From contig NC_134312.1 of assembly GCF_964195595.1 (NCBI RefSeq), positions 201,153,140-201,217,139 on the forward strand: DNA of 64,000 nucleotides, written 5' to 3'. Both the position numbers and the translations under genes were made by a program. Under the pieces are notes generated by a model, which did no database searches, was not told the origin of the DNA, and saw nothing but the letters and a program-made list of their open reading frames with translations. The DNA comes from Calonectris borealis (lineage: Eukaryota). Below are positions 26,631 to 41,095 of this stretch, piece by piece (within the stretch, counting starts at the first letter, position 1; the number at the start of each line of letters is the position of its first letter).

Positions 26631-29600
26631 ATAAAACTTTGACTTTATTGAACTTTATATGAATTAACATTAAAAACCTATTATATGCTTAGGTATTTGA
26701 ATGCTTCCTTACTAGGTTTCATTTCAATATAGATGTATATATTGCTTGGTATTGTTAAATTTTAAATTTTACTTTTTCAAAAGAAGCACTTCAAAGATGA
26801 AAGCTCTTTGAGTGAATCTTGAGTTGTTGCTCTTCATAAGGATGGTGTGACCACAGCTTGCCCTGCCCTTTCCCCCAGCACAGTCTTATGGCTTCAGAGA
26901 TTTTAGCCCCACAAAGATAATCAATTCTGCTGTCATTATTTTGGAAGAAGAGGTTAGGACACTGGCCTAACTGGGCACCTGCTGCAAAAATGACAGGTAA
27001 GGAATCCTACAGGAGGGAATGGGGAGTGTTGTGTGACGTTGTGTAAAGCAGCATTGCTGACACTTCAGAAGTAAATGCGCTGTGTATCAGTGAGTTTCAC
27101 AATTCCTTAGGAATGCTGGTTTTTTAAATTAGAGAAAGTTGGATTATGCACAATCTAGGAAGTTTCCCTTGAAACCAGATTTCCCCCTATTCTTTGGAAG
27201 ATCCAAAATATCCTCAAACCAGTGAGGTCATCACATCTCAACTATATATAGTATTTTTCTATAATACAAAGTTTACACTGATTTTCTATAGTCTTAAAAC
27301 TGTAAAATCTGAGAAAACTGTCTCGTAGGCTTTGCCTATACACATTTTTGCTACTTTAAAACAATTTAAAAGATTATTTTAAAATCAAACTGTGCCTATT
27401 TAAATGTCTCTAAAATAATATATTGACTTCTGTTAAAGTAGAGGAATACTGATACTACTTAACTCTATGCTAGCTGTGCTGGTTTAACTATATCTAGTTT
27501 ACAGCAGAATTTTCTAAATTTGTTTCAAACTCTGGATGTAAACAAGCCACAAGTTTCTGTGATAGGTAAATCCGTTCAGAATTTCTAGAACCTGACCTAA
27601 AACAAGCTCATGAAATTTCAACTAACTTCCAATGCTAAGTGATGCTGTGGTTTCAGATGCTTGTGATCTGTCAGGTTTCTTAAGTTTTCTTTGTTAATTG
27701 GTGAAGTCACATCTATACGTCATTATTTCTAGGTCAAAGAGATGATGAGGGTTAAAGGTTACTCCCTTGCTCCTTCAACAGTTTTGTACTTCTTAGCTGT
27801 GCATGATAAGGTAAAGTATTACAGAATGGTCAGGAACTTCGCATCCATGTAACGGGGCATGTGAGTTCTGAATGGAGAGAATGATACTGTTACTTGGATG
27901 TTTTACCAAGCTGCTCAGCATGAACACAATCATTGAAAGTAGAAATCTGAACATCTGAAGAGAATCCTGCTGTATTGATGACAATATATGTAGAATGGAT
28001 AATTATGAAAATCACTGTCTGATTACCCAGCTGTTCTGGTGCTGCAGATTCCTCAACTTGACATGGGAATGTTAGTGAGCAATATAGGGGAGGGGGCTGT
28101 ATTCAAAAATACAGGATTGAGTTGCTGTTTCATATAGGATTATTTTAATGACTTTGTATGACTACAGCCTCACAGTTCACAAAATTTTGCAAAGATATAA
28201 GGTATATATTTATATAAAATAGATATAAAAATATAACACTTGAATTATACTGTACGATAGAAGCTTGAGTGATGTAAAGAAGTTAAAGACTTCATTCTTT
28301 TCTGCTGATCAAATCCAAACTTCTTTGAAATTGTAGGGAATCTTTTTTACCAAAAAAATGGATCCTCCTTTTGTATTAAATGCACGGTCTTACATCTAGG
28401 AACATAATGACTCACAAATGAACAATTTTTAATAAATTTACAAATTACTTACAAATTTCAGTGTCTTCAAATTCAGACCTTGCTTAAGCTGCAGAGGTGA
28501 AATCTTTGTCCTTTCTGTTTAAATATTTTCAGACATGCTCATCATTCCCCAAATACTGCAGAAATAGACAGAAACTACAGAAACTTCTGTATGAGTGAAG
28601 TTTTGCAATCCAGGCAAAACAGAAAAATAGATGTCCCATGATCACATAGTATTGTCACTGGTACGGATTTATTACCTGGTCATTAGTAACTGCCACTGTT
28701 TTTTCTTTTTTGAAATCTGATTCCAGAAGAGAAATATTACTACATTCACATTCCTCATTCTATGTAAGATGCTAACTTCAGATACCGTATACCTTATAAA
28801 TTGAAAATTGTGAAATAGATGGAAATTGTTTTTAATATTCTTCTCGAGGAAATTGAATGCCTTGCTGGCTCAATTCAAGGAGTATTTGCCCTTTTGTTTC
28901 TAGCAACTTAATCTTCATTCTGAGCTTTAATTTGGTAATGTTCACTTTTTCCCTTAAATACTTATTTGCTTCTAGCTGTCTGCAAGTATATGCTCTTGAG
29001 AGAATTTGGGGAATGTAAGATTGGGAAAGGTTACATTGCAGTTTGTCTCCTGTAATCACTGGCAGCCATGCAATGGTGCCCATGTGACGATTTACTCTCT
29101 AATGGTTTTATTGCTGCAAATGTGTGCTTTTGTCTTCAGCAGAGGCTACTCGTTAAGCAGCAGAGGCTCATCTAATTAAGGTGAGCAGGTTTGGCCAGAC
29201 TTGAGTAAAAACTGAGAGAAGAATGGGGAGGAAAAGATTTCTTGACCATTTAAAAAATGTCTAGCACTGTATCTTCTGTTAATACATCAGCAGCCAACAT
29301 TGTTATCTGTTACCTTTTGATAGGTAAACCTGAACAAAAGCAAACATGAACACAGCTCTGCAGATCATCTCGGGTTCCCTTTGGAAACCCCAAATAAATG
29401 GCCACAAGGGATTGTGTGTTTTCCTGAGAACAGCTCGGCATTGGAGTTCTTCCTTTCTGTGTGATGGATAGTGGCTTTGCTACTCTCAAAATGATACCTA
29501 TGCCTGCTGGTGCAAAATGTCGTATGGTCCACTTCAGTGGAAGTCAAAATTTACCCGTGCTGCTGTTCTGTGTTGCTAGGTAATTTTTTAAAGTAGACAT

Positions 29601-32600
29601 AAAAAAAGGGGGGAAATGGAGGGAAATACAGGGGGGAAGCTCTTTGTTACAGTAGCCACCAAAAATTCTAATTAATTTAAAAAAAAAAAAAAAAGATACA
29701 ACCTGTTCTGTTGGTCAAGCCAGTGAAGCTGCATAGCATCAGTGTGCAAGGTAAATGTAAAACATCCTTCAGTGTGGTAGATTGTCATGGCTATTTCTGC
29801 TTGGTATGCTGCTGTGGCAGCTTGGAGCTTGTCTCACAGCAATTCCGTATTGAAAAGACAGTAGTGGAGAGTACTCTATTAAGCTGTATATGTATTACTT
29901 GAGATGGGTTGTACTGAGGGAGCTGGTTTTCAATTTTCCTTGATAATGGCACAGTATATGCACAGTATCACTCAGTTTGTGTGTGATCCATCTGTTCTCT
30001 TCAGAATAGGCATGTTTGTCACGCTGTTAGCCTTTCAGAAAGTTCAGATTCATTTTGCTTGGCACCATGCCCACTTTGAGCTTTAATTTAAAGAAAAGCT
30101 TTATCATATGAATTAAGATGATTCAGAGTCTGTTACTTCGAAAATAACTATTTGCTGTGTTCCTGCTCACTCTTACAAGTCCCTTTTTTCAGCACTAGCT
30201 GTTAGGATACGTTCAGGTCTAACAAAGTAATTATTGTTAATCATAAAGTCTCTTACATGGGGTAGAGAGGTTGAAATGATCTTAATTTCTTGTAGAGAGA
30301 GAATTCTGAAGAAATAGTGCAGAGGCAGAGACATACTGTTTAAAAAAAACCCTGCACACTATATAATCACTTTGTAAGTATTTGAGTTATGGTAAATGAT
30401 TAATTTGTACCATATGGTCTTACTGGCTGGTTTTAGGGGTTGTCTTCAAAAACATACCAGATTTATTTGGCTACAGTTTTGTCACTAGTATCTTCTAGTT
30501 GCCAAGAACCTGACTCAGTGCTTTCTCTTCAGTGAATCTGGGTGGCCAAGAAAGAAAGTAATATACACTGGCTGTTACGGAAACTGGAGAGACTGTGTTA
30601 GGCCTTTGGAGGTCTTAGCCTTGCTGTTTGTAGGTAGGGGGGAAAAAAGGAAGAAAAGCCTAATTATTATGTTTTTTTCATAATATTAAAGTACAGACTG
30701 AAAGATGTGCAGTTTTTAATTGTAGCTTCCCTTTAAGATGGGTACATAGTTATTAATAGCTGGATTAGTTTCACCGTGGGGAGATAATGTCCCAGGACAC
30801 CAATATTTGTCCATATGACAATTCCAGCCCGGGCCCCCAGGCTACGGCCTGGGGCCATTGTTGTATTTGACCTACTAAATGATTTTAATACTAGCACTTG
30901 CAAAATTACAGCTCTAGTTACACAGGGTTAGTGGGCTGTGCTCTGTCATATCTGCCTTAGGAAGAAAGTATCCATCTTGCTGAACGTCTTTGTTATGGAA
31001 CAGATAACAGAACTTTTGAAATTTGATACATAGCAAGCTGCACCATTGGGGGGAAAAGATGAAAAGGAAGCAAATGGGAGAATTGATGAATTAACAGCAC
31101 TTCTAATAGGACTAATTAAATTGTGCCAACTTTGAAATCATATTTATTCAGAGCTGCTAGCCTCAGCCATTTTTCAGCTGTACCTGGTAAGGTAAATGTT
31201 ACCTTTATTGTAAATGTTTGTGGTTGTGTGTTGTAATTTGCACATACGTCACTTCTGAGTTGCTTTTTGGGGCTGTTCTGAAGCGAAGCTATCCTGAAAG
31301 GTGCAACCTGTGTGTGGCTTTCCAAAGTAATTCTTTCTGTAACAAATAGTTTGCAAGGTGTGCTAAGTTTGCTGATCATCAAACAGGACCTCAAGGTGTT
31401 GGTAAATTGTTTTAAGAAGTCTTATCTGAGAGCATACAGAGCTCTTCATCCCCTTGTGCTGCCGTAATTGGGGGCTTTCCAGGCAGTCTTCCTCTCTACA
31501 GAGATTTCTTTAGGGCTTCTTGGCTCTGCAACATGTTTCTATGTTTGTTTTCCCGGCCTGAGTAATGGATTATGTTAAACCTATCAAACATTGCAGTACT
31601 TGCATGTTATTTTAAATCAGAGGTATTTGTAGAGAAGAGGTGATTTTAATTGCGGGAGGGTGTGGGGTGGGAATGTGTGTGTATGGGTGAGAGCTGTTTT
31701 GAAGCCTGAATGACTGGGGCAGTGAGCTGTTGAATTTTAAACACTTTGGATAATTATTTTGCATGTGGACTCTGGAAGGAGACATGGAGGGTTCAGGATG
31801 GATACGCTTATTAACACTTTCAGTTATTATTTAGGCCTTTTTGAATATAATTACAATAATTTTAATTACGAATTAATAAATGTAGTAGGAATAAAATTAT
31901 ACTCTGACTTGCTGTTTGTTCTTCCAACTGCACTTACTGCAAATGCAAGCAGATCTATTGCAGAAGTTTTAAAATGACAAAAGTCTTAAACTGTTGCATC
32001 AATTTCTAATGCTTTTAGTGTTAAAATGTATTTTAATGAGACTTGTATGCAGTTCTGTTCTGAGATGTTGTTATAAAGTAGGACAACATTTTAGTTCAGT
32101 TCAGTTGTTTTATTTTCATATATGGCTTTACCCCTTTTAAGTATCTGTTAAATGTCTGTACCACAGCAGGCTGCGGAGCAGGGACGAGACTGTATTTCTG
32201 CTTCCATACCCTCAGTACAACTACAGTGAGAGTAGTTAGTTCTCAAGTTTCATTAATAACTCTGTGTTGTGTGCAGGGATCCTAATTATTGTAGTGGCAA
32301 TAATATGAGAAGGATGAAATGTCACTTGGCCACATGCATTGGCAAGCCTAGAGGAAGACAGTGTTGTGTTTGATATGTGTGTTTTAAAAACCCTCCAAAG
32401 AGAAATGACTTAGGGCTCTTTGGAGTAGAACTGCATTTAATCTACTCCAAGCAGAAGTATGAAAGTCTAGGAACTTCTTAATGTTCTTGGAACAGCTGTT
32501 TTTTAACTGCTGAGGTAGTAAAATTAAATTTAAAATCTTTAGAGAAATCTGTGTAGTAACAAGTGGTAAGAACAGGTAGAGAATAAATGGATTTTTTTTT

Positions 32601-33632
32601 TCTGGTAATGTGAAGTTTTATTATGGTTTATTTCTCCATGTTATACTTACGGGTATTTGAAAAGAGAAGCTACTGTATTTTCTAGTTTGTTTGAAGTGTT
32701 GCAGTTACTTACTGTCTCTTTATTTTTTAGGTTACTATTAAAATCTTAAAATGCAGATGAAGACTGGCTTGTGCAGAATCCTTCTCTTATCTTATGCATA
32801 CAAAAGGGAATCCTAAACCAAGTGTTAGTACGAGGTATGTATTAGGATATTTGGCTTTATTCGGCAATTACTGAAATTAGGAGCCCTCTTTTTGTTCACA
32901 TCTGCGATTTGACGTAGAGTAATTCTGCACTTCAACTAATAGTTACTTTCAGATAATGTAATTCCTTGCATAATTCCTGTCATATGTTAATGTTTTTAAA
33001 GGACTTGAAGTATACATAAACATTGAGCCTCTTGCAGACAGCTCAAAATCTGGCAAGTCATAATGCATCTTACATCCAAAAAACCATACTGCCACATTAA
33101 TATGATGCCGTGTCTGAGCTACTTGATGTTATTAATGCATTGCACTCAGAATCCAGTTTGTACGATCAACATTGTAGTTTCTGATTCCGAACAGTCCTAA
33201 GGATTAGCCAGAAGGCTTTGGTCTGGAAGGCGGTGGCCGTGTACTCTGTAAAACCTGGGGTAGAGTTCAGTTTGGGTACACATAGGTATGTAGTGTCATC
33301 TACCCTGGGTGTTGGAAGCATCTCTGTGGGACTGACAGATAAAAAGCTTTTAAGGGGAGATTTATGCAGCTTGGTTCAGTAGTTCTGACAGTTCTGAAAT
33401 TCCAAAATATCAGTTGCTTTTATAAAGTAAAAACAATTTTAAATGCTGATGGGATTTAACTGAGATTATTCTACTGATAAAGCAAGAGGAATTTGGGTTA
33501 GTTCTCTTCTGTGTTCATTTGGCCTAGTAAACGTACCCAGAGTTGTCTCTACAGTTGTGTTAATAGTGAATAGAGAACTAGATAAATATATAGAACAAGA
33601 TATATTGAGCTATTTATTAATGACATGTGAAA

Positions 33633-33707
33633 GATGTCCCTGGCCATGGCCAGGGGATTGGATTAGGTGATCTTCAAAGATCCCAAACCATTCTGTGATT
33701 CTATAGT
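33633..33707 (+). mobile_element. Short CR1 3' tail fragment
   Basis: …ggggattggattaggtgatcttcaaagatcccaaaccattctgtgattctatag matches the CR1 3' UTR consensus (…ggactagatgatctttaaaggtcccttccaacc…attctatgattct). Confidence 0.6.
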
Positions 33708-34319
33708 AGTAGTTTATATGATTTATTGCTAATTAGAGGGGTCCTTTTACTAATTTCCAAGTCAGCTGGTACGTTAAGTGTGGGGAGTAAGCAGTAAAAC
33801 TTCAGTGTTGCATGGGAAGTATAAAGACGATGGGCTCCTTTGTCATTCTGTAAAAAGCATGGAAAGGGCAACATGAGAGAAGAAATCTTTCTGCAGTAAT
33901 GCATCTCAAACTGTACTGTGAGTTATAACTAATACTGAAAAATTGCCCATGTGGTCTTTGATTTCCAAGACTGAAATAGTTCAGAATTTCTACCCAAGAC
34001 AGGCAGAATCCTATTATACTCTCCACAGAAGCTCCGTCTCCTTTTTTCCCTCCTTTTACTCTCTATCTGCTATGCCTTGCTGCATTTTTAACTTAGGTAG
34101 CACTGCTTTGTAAAGGATTTTTCCAAAGAAAAAAATTTCTCTGTGCATGCTTCAGATGAAGAGTTGGAGCCCTGCCCCCCTCCCTAGTCTTCAGGTCACC
34201 CCAGTAATGTGCTGTATGTCAGACAGTCTGGTAGTACCGTTGCTACGGGAAATGACTTCTTTTCTCCTGAGCCCTGCAGTGCTAACTCCCATCTCACCTC
34301 TGCAGCTGAAATTGGGGCA

Positions 34320-35830
34320 GGCTTTTCACAGACTCCCAGAATATCTGAGGTTGGAAGGGTGCTGTGAAGATCATATAATCCAACCCCTTGCTCAAAGGAG
34401 GATGTCAGGTAGAGCAGGTTGCCCAGGACTATGTCCATTTGGGTTTGGTCTCCAAGGAATGGAGACTCCACAACCTCTTCTGGGCAACGTGTGCCAGTGC
34501 TCAGTCACCCTCACAGTAAAAGTTTCCTGATGTTCAGAGGGAACCTCCCATGTTTCACTTTGTGCCCATTGCCTCTTGTCCTGTCCCTGGGCACCACTGG
34601 GAAGACTTTTCATCTTTATACCCTCTCATTAAATGTTTATAAATATTTATAAGATTCGCCCTGCCTTCTCCAGACTGAACAGTCCCAGCTCTTTCAGGCT
34701 TTTATAACATGAAGGATGCTCCAGTCCCTCGGTCGTCTTCCATTCACTCTTGTACTGGGGAGCCCATCACAGGACACAACACTCCAGGTGTCCCCCAGTG
34801 CTGAGTAGAGGGGAAGGATCATGTCTTTCATCTGCTGGCAACTTTCTTTGTAATGCAGTGCAGGATGCCATTGGCTTTCTTTGTGGCCAGGTCACATTCT
34901 TGAACTTGGAGTTCACCAAGACCCTCAGGTCCTTATCTGCAAAGTTGCTTTCCAGCCAGTTGGCCTCCAGCCTGTCCTGGTGCCTGGGATTATTCCTCCC
35001 CAGGTGCAGGATTCCCCTCCGATGAACTTCATGAGACCCTGTAGGCCCATTTCTCCAGCCTGTGGATGGACCTTTCTCCAGGTCCCTCTGGATGGCAGCA
35101 TGATCCTCTGGTGTATCAGCCACTCCTCTCAGCTTTGTATCACCTGCAAACTTGCTGAGGGTGTGCTCTGTCCCGTCATCCAGGTCATAAATGAAGATGC
35201 TGAAAAGGACTGGCCCCAGTACTGATTCCTGGGGTACTCTGCTACTTCGTGGTCTCCAACTGGCCTTTGTGCTGTTGATCACAACTTTCTGGGCCTGGCT
35301 GGTTCAGCCAGTTTTCAGTCCACCTTATTGTCCACTTATCTAGCCTGTACTTCATCTGCTTGTCAATGAAGATGATATGGCAGACTGTCAGAAGTCTTCC
35401 TGAAGTCAGGGTAGACAATATCCACCGCTCTTCCCATAGCCACTGAGCTGGTCACCTCATCACAGAGGCTATCAGATTAGGATCCTTAAGGATTTGCAAA
35501 TGACCCCTTTGTAAGTCCATGCTGACTACTCCCAGTTACCTTCTTGTCCTTCTTGGTCTGGAAGTGGTTTCCAGGAGTAATTGGTCCATCACCTTCCCAG
35601 GGCCTGTAGTTCCCTGGGTCCTCCTTCCTGAAGGAGGACCTTCTTGAAGATGGGAGTGACGTTTGCTTTCCTCTAGTCCTCGCACACCTCTCCCAGTTGC
35701 TGTGCCCTTTCAGTGATAGCGAGCGGCCTAGCAATGCCACCAGCCAGCTCCCTCAGCACCTGTGGCTACCTCCCATCAGGCCCAACGCACTTAACTTGTG
35801 TTCAGTTTAAGTGTTCCCTACCCTGGACCC
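34320..35830 (-). mobile_element. CR1 LINE fragment, ~1.5 kb: pre-RT ORF2 region, RT domain, ORF2 C-terminus and 3' UTR, reverse orientation
   Basis: Minus ORF 34767..35282 gives VPQESVLGPVLFSIFIYDLDDGTEHTLSKFAGDTKLRGVADTPEDHAAIQRDLEKG…ILHLGRNNPRHQDRLEANWLESNFADKDLRVLVNSKF, with the CR1 RT motifs FADDTKL and LHLGRNNP. At 34330-34500 the rc shows the [16 protein letters not shown] coding tail and the 3' UTR …ggttggattatatgatcttcacagcacccttccaacctcagatattctggg. Both ends are approximate. Confidence 0.85.
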
Positions 35831-38459
35831 TGTTACCTATTAGATATTGCGGGGAGGGGGGGAGCTGAGGAGGTGGGAAAACTGCTATGTGCCTTGTTTT
35901 GTGGTTTTGCCTGGCCCTTTTCTAAGGAGTTCCCTGTTATTTTCTAGTTGTTGTAAAATCACAATAAAATCGTAATATAAAAATAATCACACAATAATGT
36001 GTAATATACACCAGGCTGTGGAAATATGCAAGCTACAAGCATTTACTTAGAAAATCTAAAAAAGACAATACAGTTAGAACTCTTTATCAGAAAAGTAGTA
36101 CTAACAGAAAAAACACTTGCTTAATTTTTTTTGAAGTTTGACTCGAAAGAGATTTTTCTATCCAGCTGACATTTTGTCTTGACCATGCAGCTGTCGGGAA
36201 TTCAGCCTTCTTGCTTGTCCTTAGGTGTCAGAGTGAGCCTGGGCGTTTGGCAGGTTTCCCAGGCATCTCAGAATTTTTCTGTCCTCAACTTAGTTTCCTT
36301 CCTGTGAAGGGAAGAGCGGATGGCCAAGGTTCCTTGGGGATACAAGTGTTTCTTTCACTGGCTAAATAATGACTCCTTGACTCAGTGGAGTGATAAAATC
36401 CTTTCTTTCTCTTTCCCCATTATTCATTTGTGTGTGTGCACTTCAGATTGCAGCGTGAACCTGGCTGACAAAGCCTAATGGCCTAATTAAATTGCGTTAA
36501 AAATTGAGGGAAGATTAGATAAAAATTAGTGGATTGCATTGTATTTGGGGCAAAGCGTGCAATAGCAAACTGTGAAAAAGTTGCAAAAGAATGGGAAGAG
36601 CGAGCCAAATCAGCCGCATTAAAAAACAAGTTACACCTGCTCAGTTTGCTCTTCCTGAACCTGTTGCTGAGCAGTATTTTGCAGAGATGAGAGCTGGCCT
36701 TCGCGTGTCATTGCATTCCCTTCTTCAACTCTGAAATAAATGTGCATACAGTTCTACCAGAAAATGCACTGGGCTCCACTTTAGTTTGTAGTGGGGTCAA
36801 AATGTTCTGTCGGGCTGCCTGCTGCTGGGGTTCCTGAACAGTGGTGGAGAATTCCAGGTAACCTCTTGGACGGGCTATGTGGGAAAGTGTTAGCATTTCC
36901 CAGCTCTTTATCCAACTCTATTTGCTAATGCATTGCTCTGTAGTCTGCCATTCGAGTCTTGTTGTTTGCTGTACTTTGATTACAAAAGTACGTTTTCAAG
37001 GAAGTTAACACTTAAGCATCTCTTGTAACTCCTCAGCCTGAATCATACTTATTTCCATTGCATTAGGTTTCAGTGAAAACCGCTGGTGGCTGTACACCCT
37101 CAGAACTGAAGATGCTTTCTGCTATATGGTGATTACATACAAAATGCTGCTCTTCAACTGGGAATTACAAGGACCATCCAGGTGAGAATGTAATCATGTT
37201 GTCACTCATTAGAGCACTTACAGTGATTGCAGTTCTTGTGATGTAATCTGTTTGCTTTGTGCTCAGTTATCAGTCTCTGTATTATTTTTGTGCTTAACAG
37301 GTGTTCCTTTTTTCTTCATTGCTCTCTGTGCTCCTGGGCACAAGAATAATGCTGTTATCCAGTAAAATAGTAATTAAATCTGTAGCACTTAGCTGAACAA
37401 GGGAGAGGGATGAGTTGATCGCTCCCACTTCAGCTGTAGACAGGTCTGCCCTGCGAGACCTGAGGGAATAGGGCCGTCTGAAGTGGTGGGAAGGGGACCA
37501 GCACGGAGCTGGTGTGTCCCCCCCCAGCACCCCCAATTGGGAAAGACACATCAGAAGAATCTGCACACGGTATCTGCTTGTGATGTTCAAGGTGCCTTTT
37601 CCTGTATGAGGAGACGAGTTACAGCTTTCGTGACGTTACTGTCTTCAGCCTCCGGCAGAGAAGGCGGTACCCAGTGTTAAGCAAAGCCAAGCATTTCATT
37701 GTAAAGCTGATGTTGGCCAACTTTGATGCGTAACTGAGGTCTTGACTCCCTTTTTATCTAGACTGTACCGGGAGCAGATTTTCTTTCCAGATCTCCAATG
37801 CTAGTACTGGGAAATAGTGTTGATAAAAGCATTAAAGTTTGTACATGCCAGAACAGGAGTTGGCACAAATGGTACATTAGAAGACTGCTCCTTGGTTAAA
37901 TGATTGGTTTTGGACTTGAAAAAAGCCTTTAGAGTTAAGTGAAATGAGTAAGAAGATATTTTCAAGCACTGAAATATGTGACAAAAGATAGGGGAGTGGT
38001 GGTTTTTCTGTGGATTGTGTTCAAGTTGCCGTAGAGTTTAAAAGAGCACAGAAGCATTAATTAGCTAGAGAAAATTGTATGAGCCAGCAACAGCTGAAAA
38101 GGACTGGAAGGAAATGTTAACCAATGGGGAGATTAAAGCTGCAGCAAGATTTCACTGTCTGTGCAATTAAGTTTGAGTTGCAAGTTATCATAAAAATGTC
38201 TGCTGTCTTCATGTAGCCCAATAAAAAGATGAAAAACAAAAACCATGAATGAAATGAATAATGAAAAATGAATTTTGATGCAATGAGATTTTAACATTGC
38301 GCTGTAATATATCACCAGGTTTTTTTCAGGGTTTCTATCTATTATAAAATTGTTTCAAATTAATCTATGAATATCAGGATGTTTATTTTCTATTTATTGA
38401 AATCAACAAGGCAGTGAGCATGAATCAAGGAACCTCACCGAGTTCAAACAAGGCAAATG

Positions 38460-38900
38460 TGAAGTCCTACAGTGGGTACCAAGTTAGCCTGGTGCAGTTG
38501 TGCAGCCTGCGCTGCTGCGCAAGGTTGCGAAGCAGCTTTGCAGGAGCTGGTCTGGGAGTCCTGAGGGACAAGTGAAGATGAAGGTGTCCAAGCCCATCCT
38601 GGGCTCCAGAAGAGCACAGCTGAGCAGGGGCAAGAAAAGCAATCCCTCTGCTCTGTTCAGCAGCTAGAGTCCTGTGCCCAGTTCTGGGCTCCTGAAGACA
38701 AGATATATATGGGAAGAAGTCCAGTGAAGGCCACCAAGATGATTGGGAGGTTAGCGTGTAGGAGCCATGGGGATAGGCAGCGGGCTTTGTTCAGTCTGGA
38801 AAACAGGAGGTTGGGGGGTAGGCAATCTTTACTTCAGCTGTGTAATGGAAGGGGGTAGAGAAGATGAGCCAGGCTCATCTTAGCAGTGCAGAGTAATGAG
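38460..38900 (+). mobile_element. Diverged CR1 ORF2 C-terminal fragment
   Basis: Nucleotide resemblance to the CR1 segment …[52 protein letters not shown]…, e.g. gtgcccagttctgggctcctgaagacaag…gaaggccaccaagatgattgggagg…ggctttgttcagtctggaaaacaggaggttgggggg. Several frameshifts and stops. Confidence 0.55.
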
Positions 38901-41017
38901 GAAGTCTTGCATAATTTTCAGCGTATGTCAGTGTTGCATCATACCACTAATGAAAACAGTGCAAGTCAGTACTGTCTTGCTGTACTTAGTTGGTCTCCCC
39001 ACACTGTGAAACCACTGGGAATTCCTGGTAACCCTTCTGTTTCAGGAAGGGTGAACGCAGGGCACCCACTTGCGGTTTAGGGATCTTCATCCTACTGTTT
39101 ACAGAAATATGAACTGGTGAATATTAAGACAGTAGAGCTGACAGATCTGGGAAAGCAAGGGAAATTTCAAATGCTTGGACATCTCCCATGCAAACTTTTC
39201 CAGACAGGATGTCACACCCAGCTTGGTAATGCCTTTTTTTAAAAAATAATAAATATGCACGTAAGCACAGCCTTTGCAGGCTGGGGTTTGGCTGTTACCC
39301 TTCCCCATAACAGGGATGCTTGTATTCAGTGTAAGATGTGCCACTGCTGCAACAGGCCTAACTGGGCTTTTCTTCCCCTAATTCATATTCTCTCCACTTG
39401 GCCATTCAAAGTCTGTACAAGTAACAGCTCCAGAGAACAAGACTTCGTGTCAAAGTGAGGGTTTCTGATACGGGATGTCAGCATGTGCTGTAATGCTGTC
39501 CTCCAGTTTTGGAGCAGGCAGTGGTCTCCCTGGGTATGGTGACAATGTCTTCAGTTCCCATACACATGGTTTTGGTTGTCTTGAATGCCAGCTGTGCCCG
39601 CCTTCCTTTTAAGAGTGGCATGCACATGAGAGGAGCTAGGCAATGTTGAGGTCTGACCCGTCTACTATAAATGAGTCTGTGCCAACAACAACTAACTAGA
39701 GGAGATCCTTACAATTCAAATCACATAGGAAGTATTACAGAAATTCTTGAAAAAAATTCAGTTGTTGCTATCCTGCGCAACAGTTGAGACTTTGTTGTGG
39801 GGAAACAGTTGACTCAAAATTAAAAAGAGCGATCTTCTGCGTGGTCTATTCTTCCTGGTTGCTACACTTGAGGTGTTGGAGATTTTATTTTTTGGAGAGA
39901 CCCTTTTTTAACCTTAATTTTTACTGATGCCTCAGTCTTCCTGAAATTTGTATTCCGTGCTGTCTTTTGTCTCCTTTTAGTACTTTTTTCCTAACCTGTG
40001 TCTTTGCCTTTCACTCAAACATTTTAAGACAGGTTCAGAATCTGAAAAGTATTTTCCCCATTTATGTGAGACACAGAAAAGCTGAGGAATTTTCAGGTGT
40101 CAGGATTCAGTGACGGGCTTGCAGTGCATGCCCATGCTGCACCAGTAGCTTAGAAAAATGTGGCCTTTATAGTTCTCTTGCATTCGTAAGAGGTAAGACT
40201 CTGTTACAGCTCCATGCTGCAGAGGGAGACTCCAGCAAAACTACAGACCCTGCTACCAGACTGGCACTGCTCTGAAAGACTGACCTAAAGGAAAAAGATT
40301 TTATGCTGGCTGTTTTCCAGCACTGTATGGGAAGGTAAATGGTGATGACAGACAGACAGGCAGAACACTTTAGGACGGCTCTTGGGCACTTTGAGTGATC
40401 CTAGCTGGTGAAGATGGCAGCTGCATTCTGTGCGATCTGTCTCTTCCGTATATTGAAAAGTCTGTCTTCCATCCAGACTGATGAAAAAACATCTCATTTT
40501 TGAAAAACAGGTGCAGAAAGCACAGAGGACCTGTGATAAAGTCAGCTGCACCACCCACCAACTGTCAGTACCAGTGAAAGAAGCCAGGAACACAAGTACT
40601 GATGGTGTAGCAGTGAAAGAAGCCTTCAGAACAATTTATTGCCATTGCAGCTTATAGTACCTGTAGCTGCTTAGCCTTGCTGACAGACAGCAGCGAGAAG
40701 AAACTGAGCAAGTACTTCGAAGGTATTTCTCCACAGTGCCTAAAGAATTGCTTTTAATTGTAGCTACTTTCTCTTTTTCTTTCATCTACCAAAACCTTTT
40801 TCTTAGCAACTGGATAAAAAACATATAATAAAATCAGACAAAAACCAGCTTCAAACATCTTTTCGTATGTCTTTTATGCATCTTCAGTAAGGATTCTGAA
40901 TTTATATCGTCAACTAAAAGAGAAAGATGGCTGCAAAATCCCTCAATAAAAGCATCATGAACCCAAATTTTATTCTCATGTCCTGTAAAACTCCTCCTTC
41001 TCTCCCAAATGCCTCAA

Positions 41018-41095
41018 GGGAAAGAAAAAAACAAAAAAAAAACAAAAAACCAATCACAAAACCCCTAACAAAACCCCCCCAAAACAATAGCTTTT
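41018..41095. repeat. A/C-rich low-complexity tract
   Basis: gaaagaaaaaaacaaaaaaaaaacaaaaaaccaatcacaaaacccctaacaaaacccccccaaaacaatag. Confidence 0.9.

Noticed and set aside
34147-35225. Overlapping ORFs of 91-171 aa on both strands (34147..34530+, 34196..34471-, 34750..35025+, 34881..35225+)
   Set aside because: All lie inside the reverse-oriented CR1 element. Only the minus-strand RT frame (34767..35282) is biologically meaningful, and it is a decayed transposon ORF.
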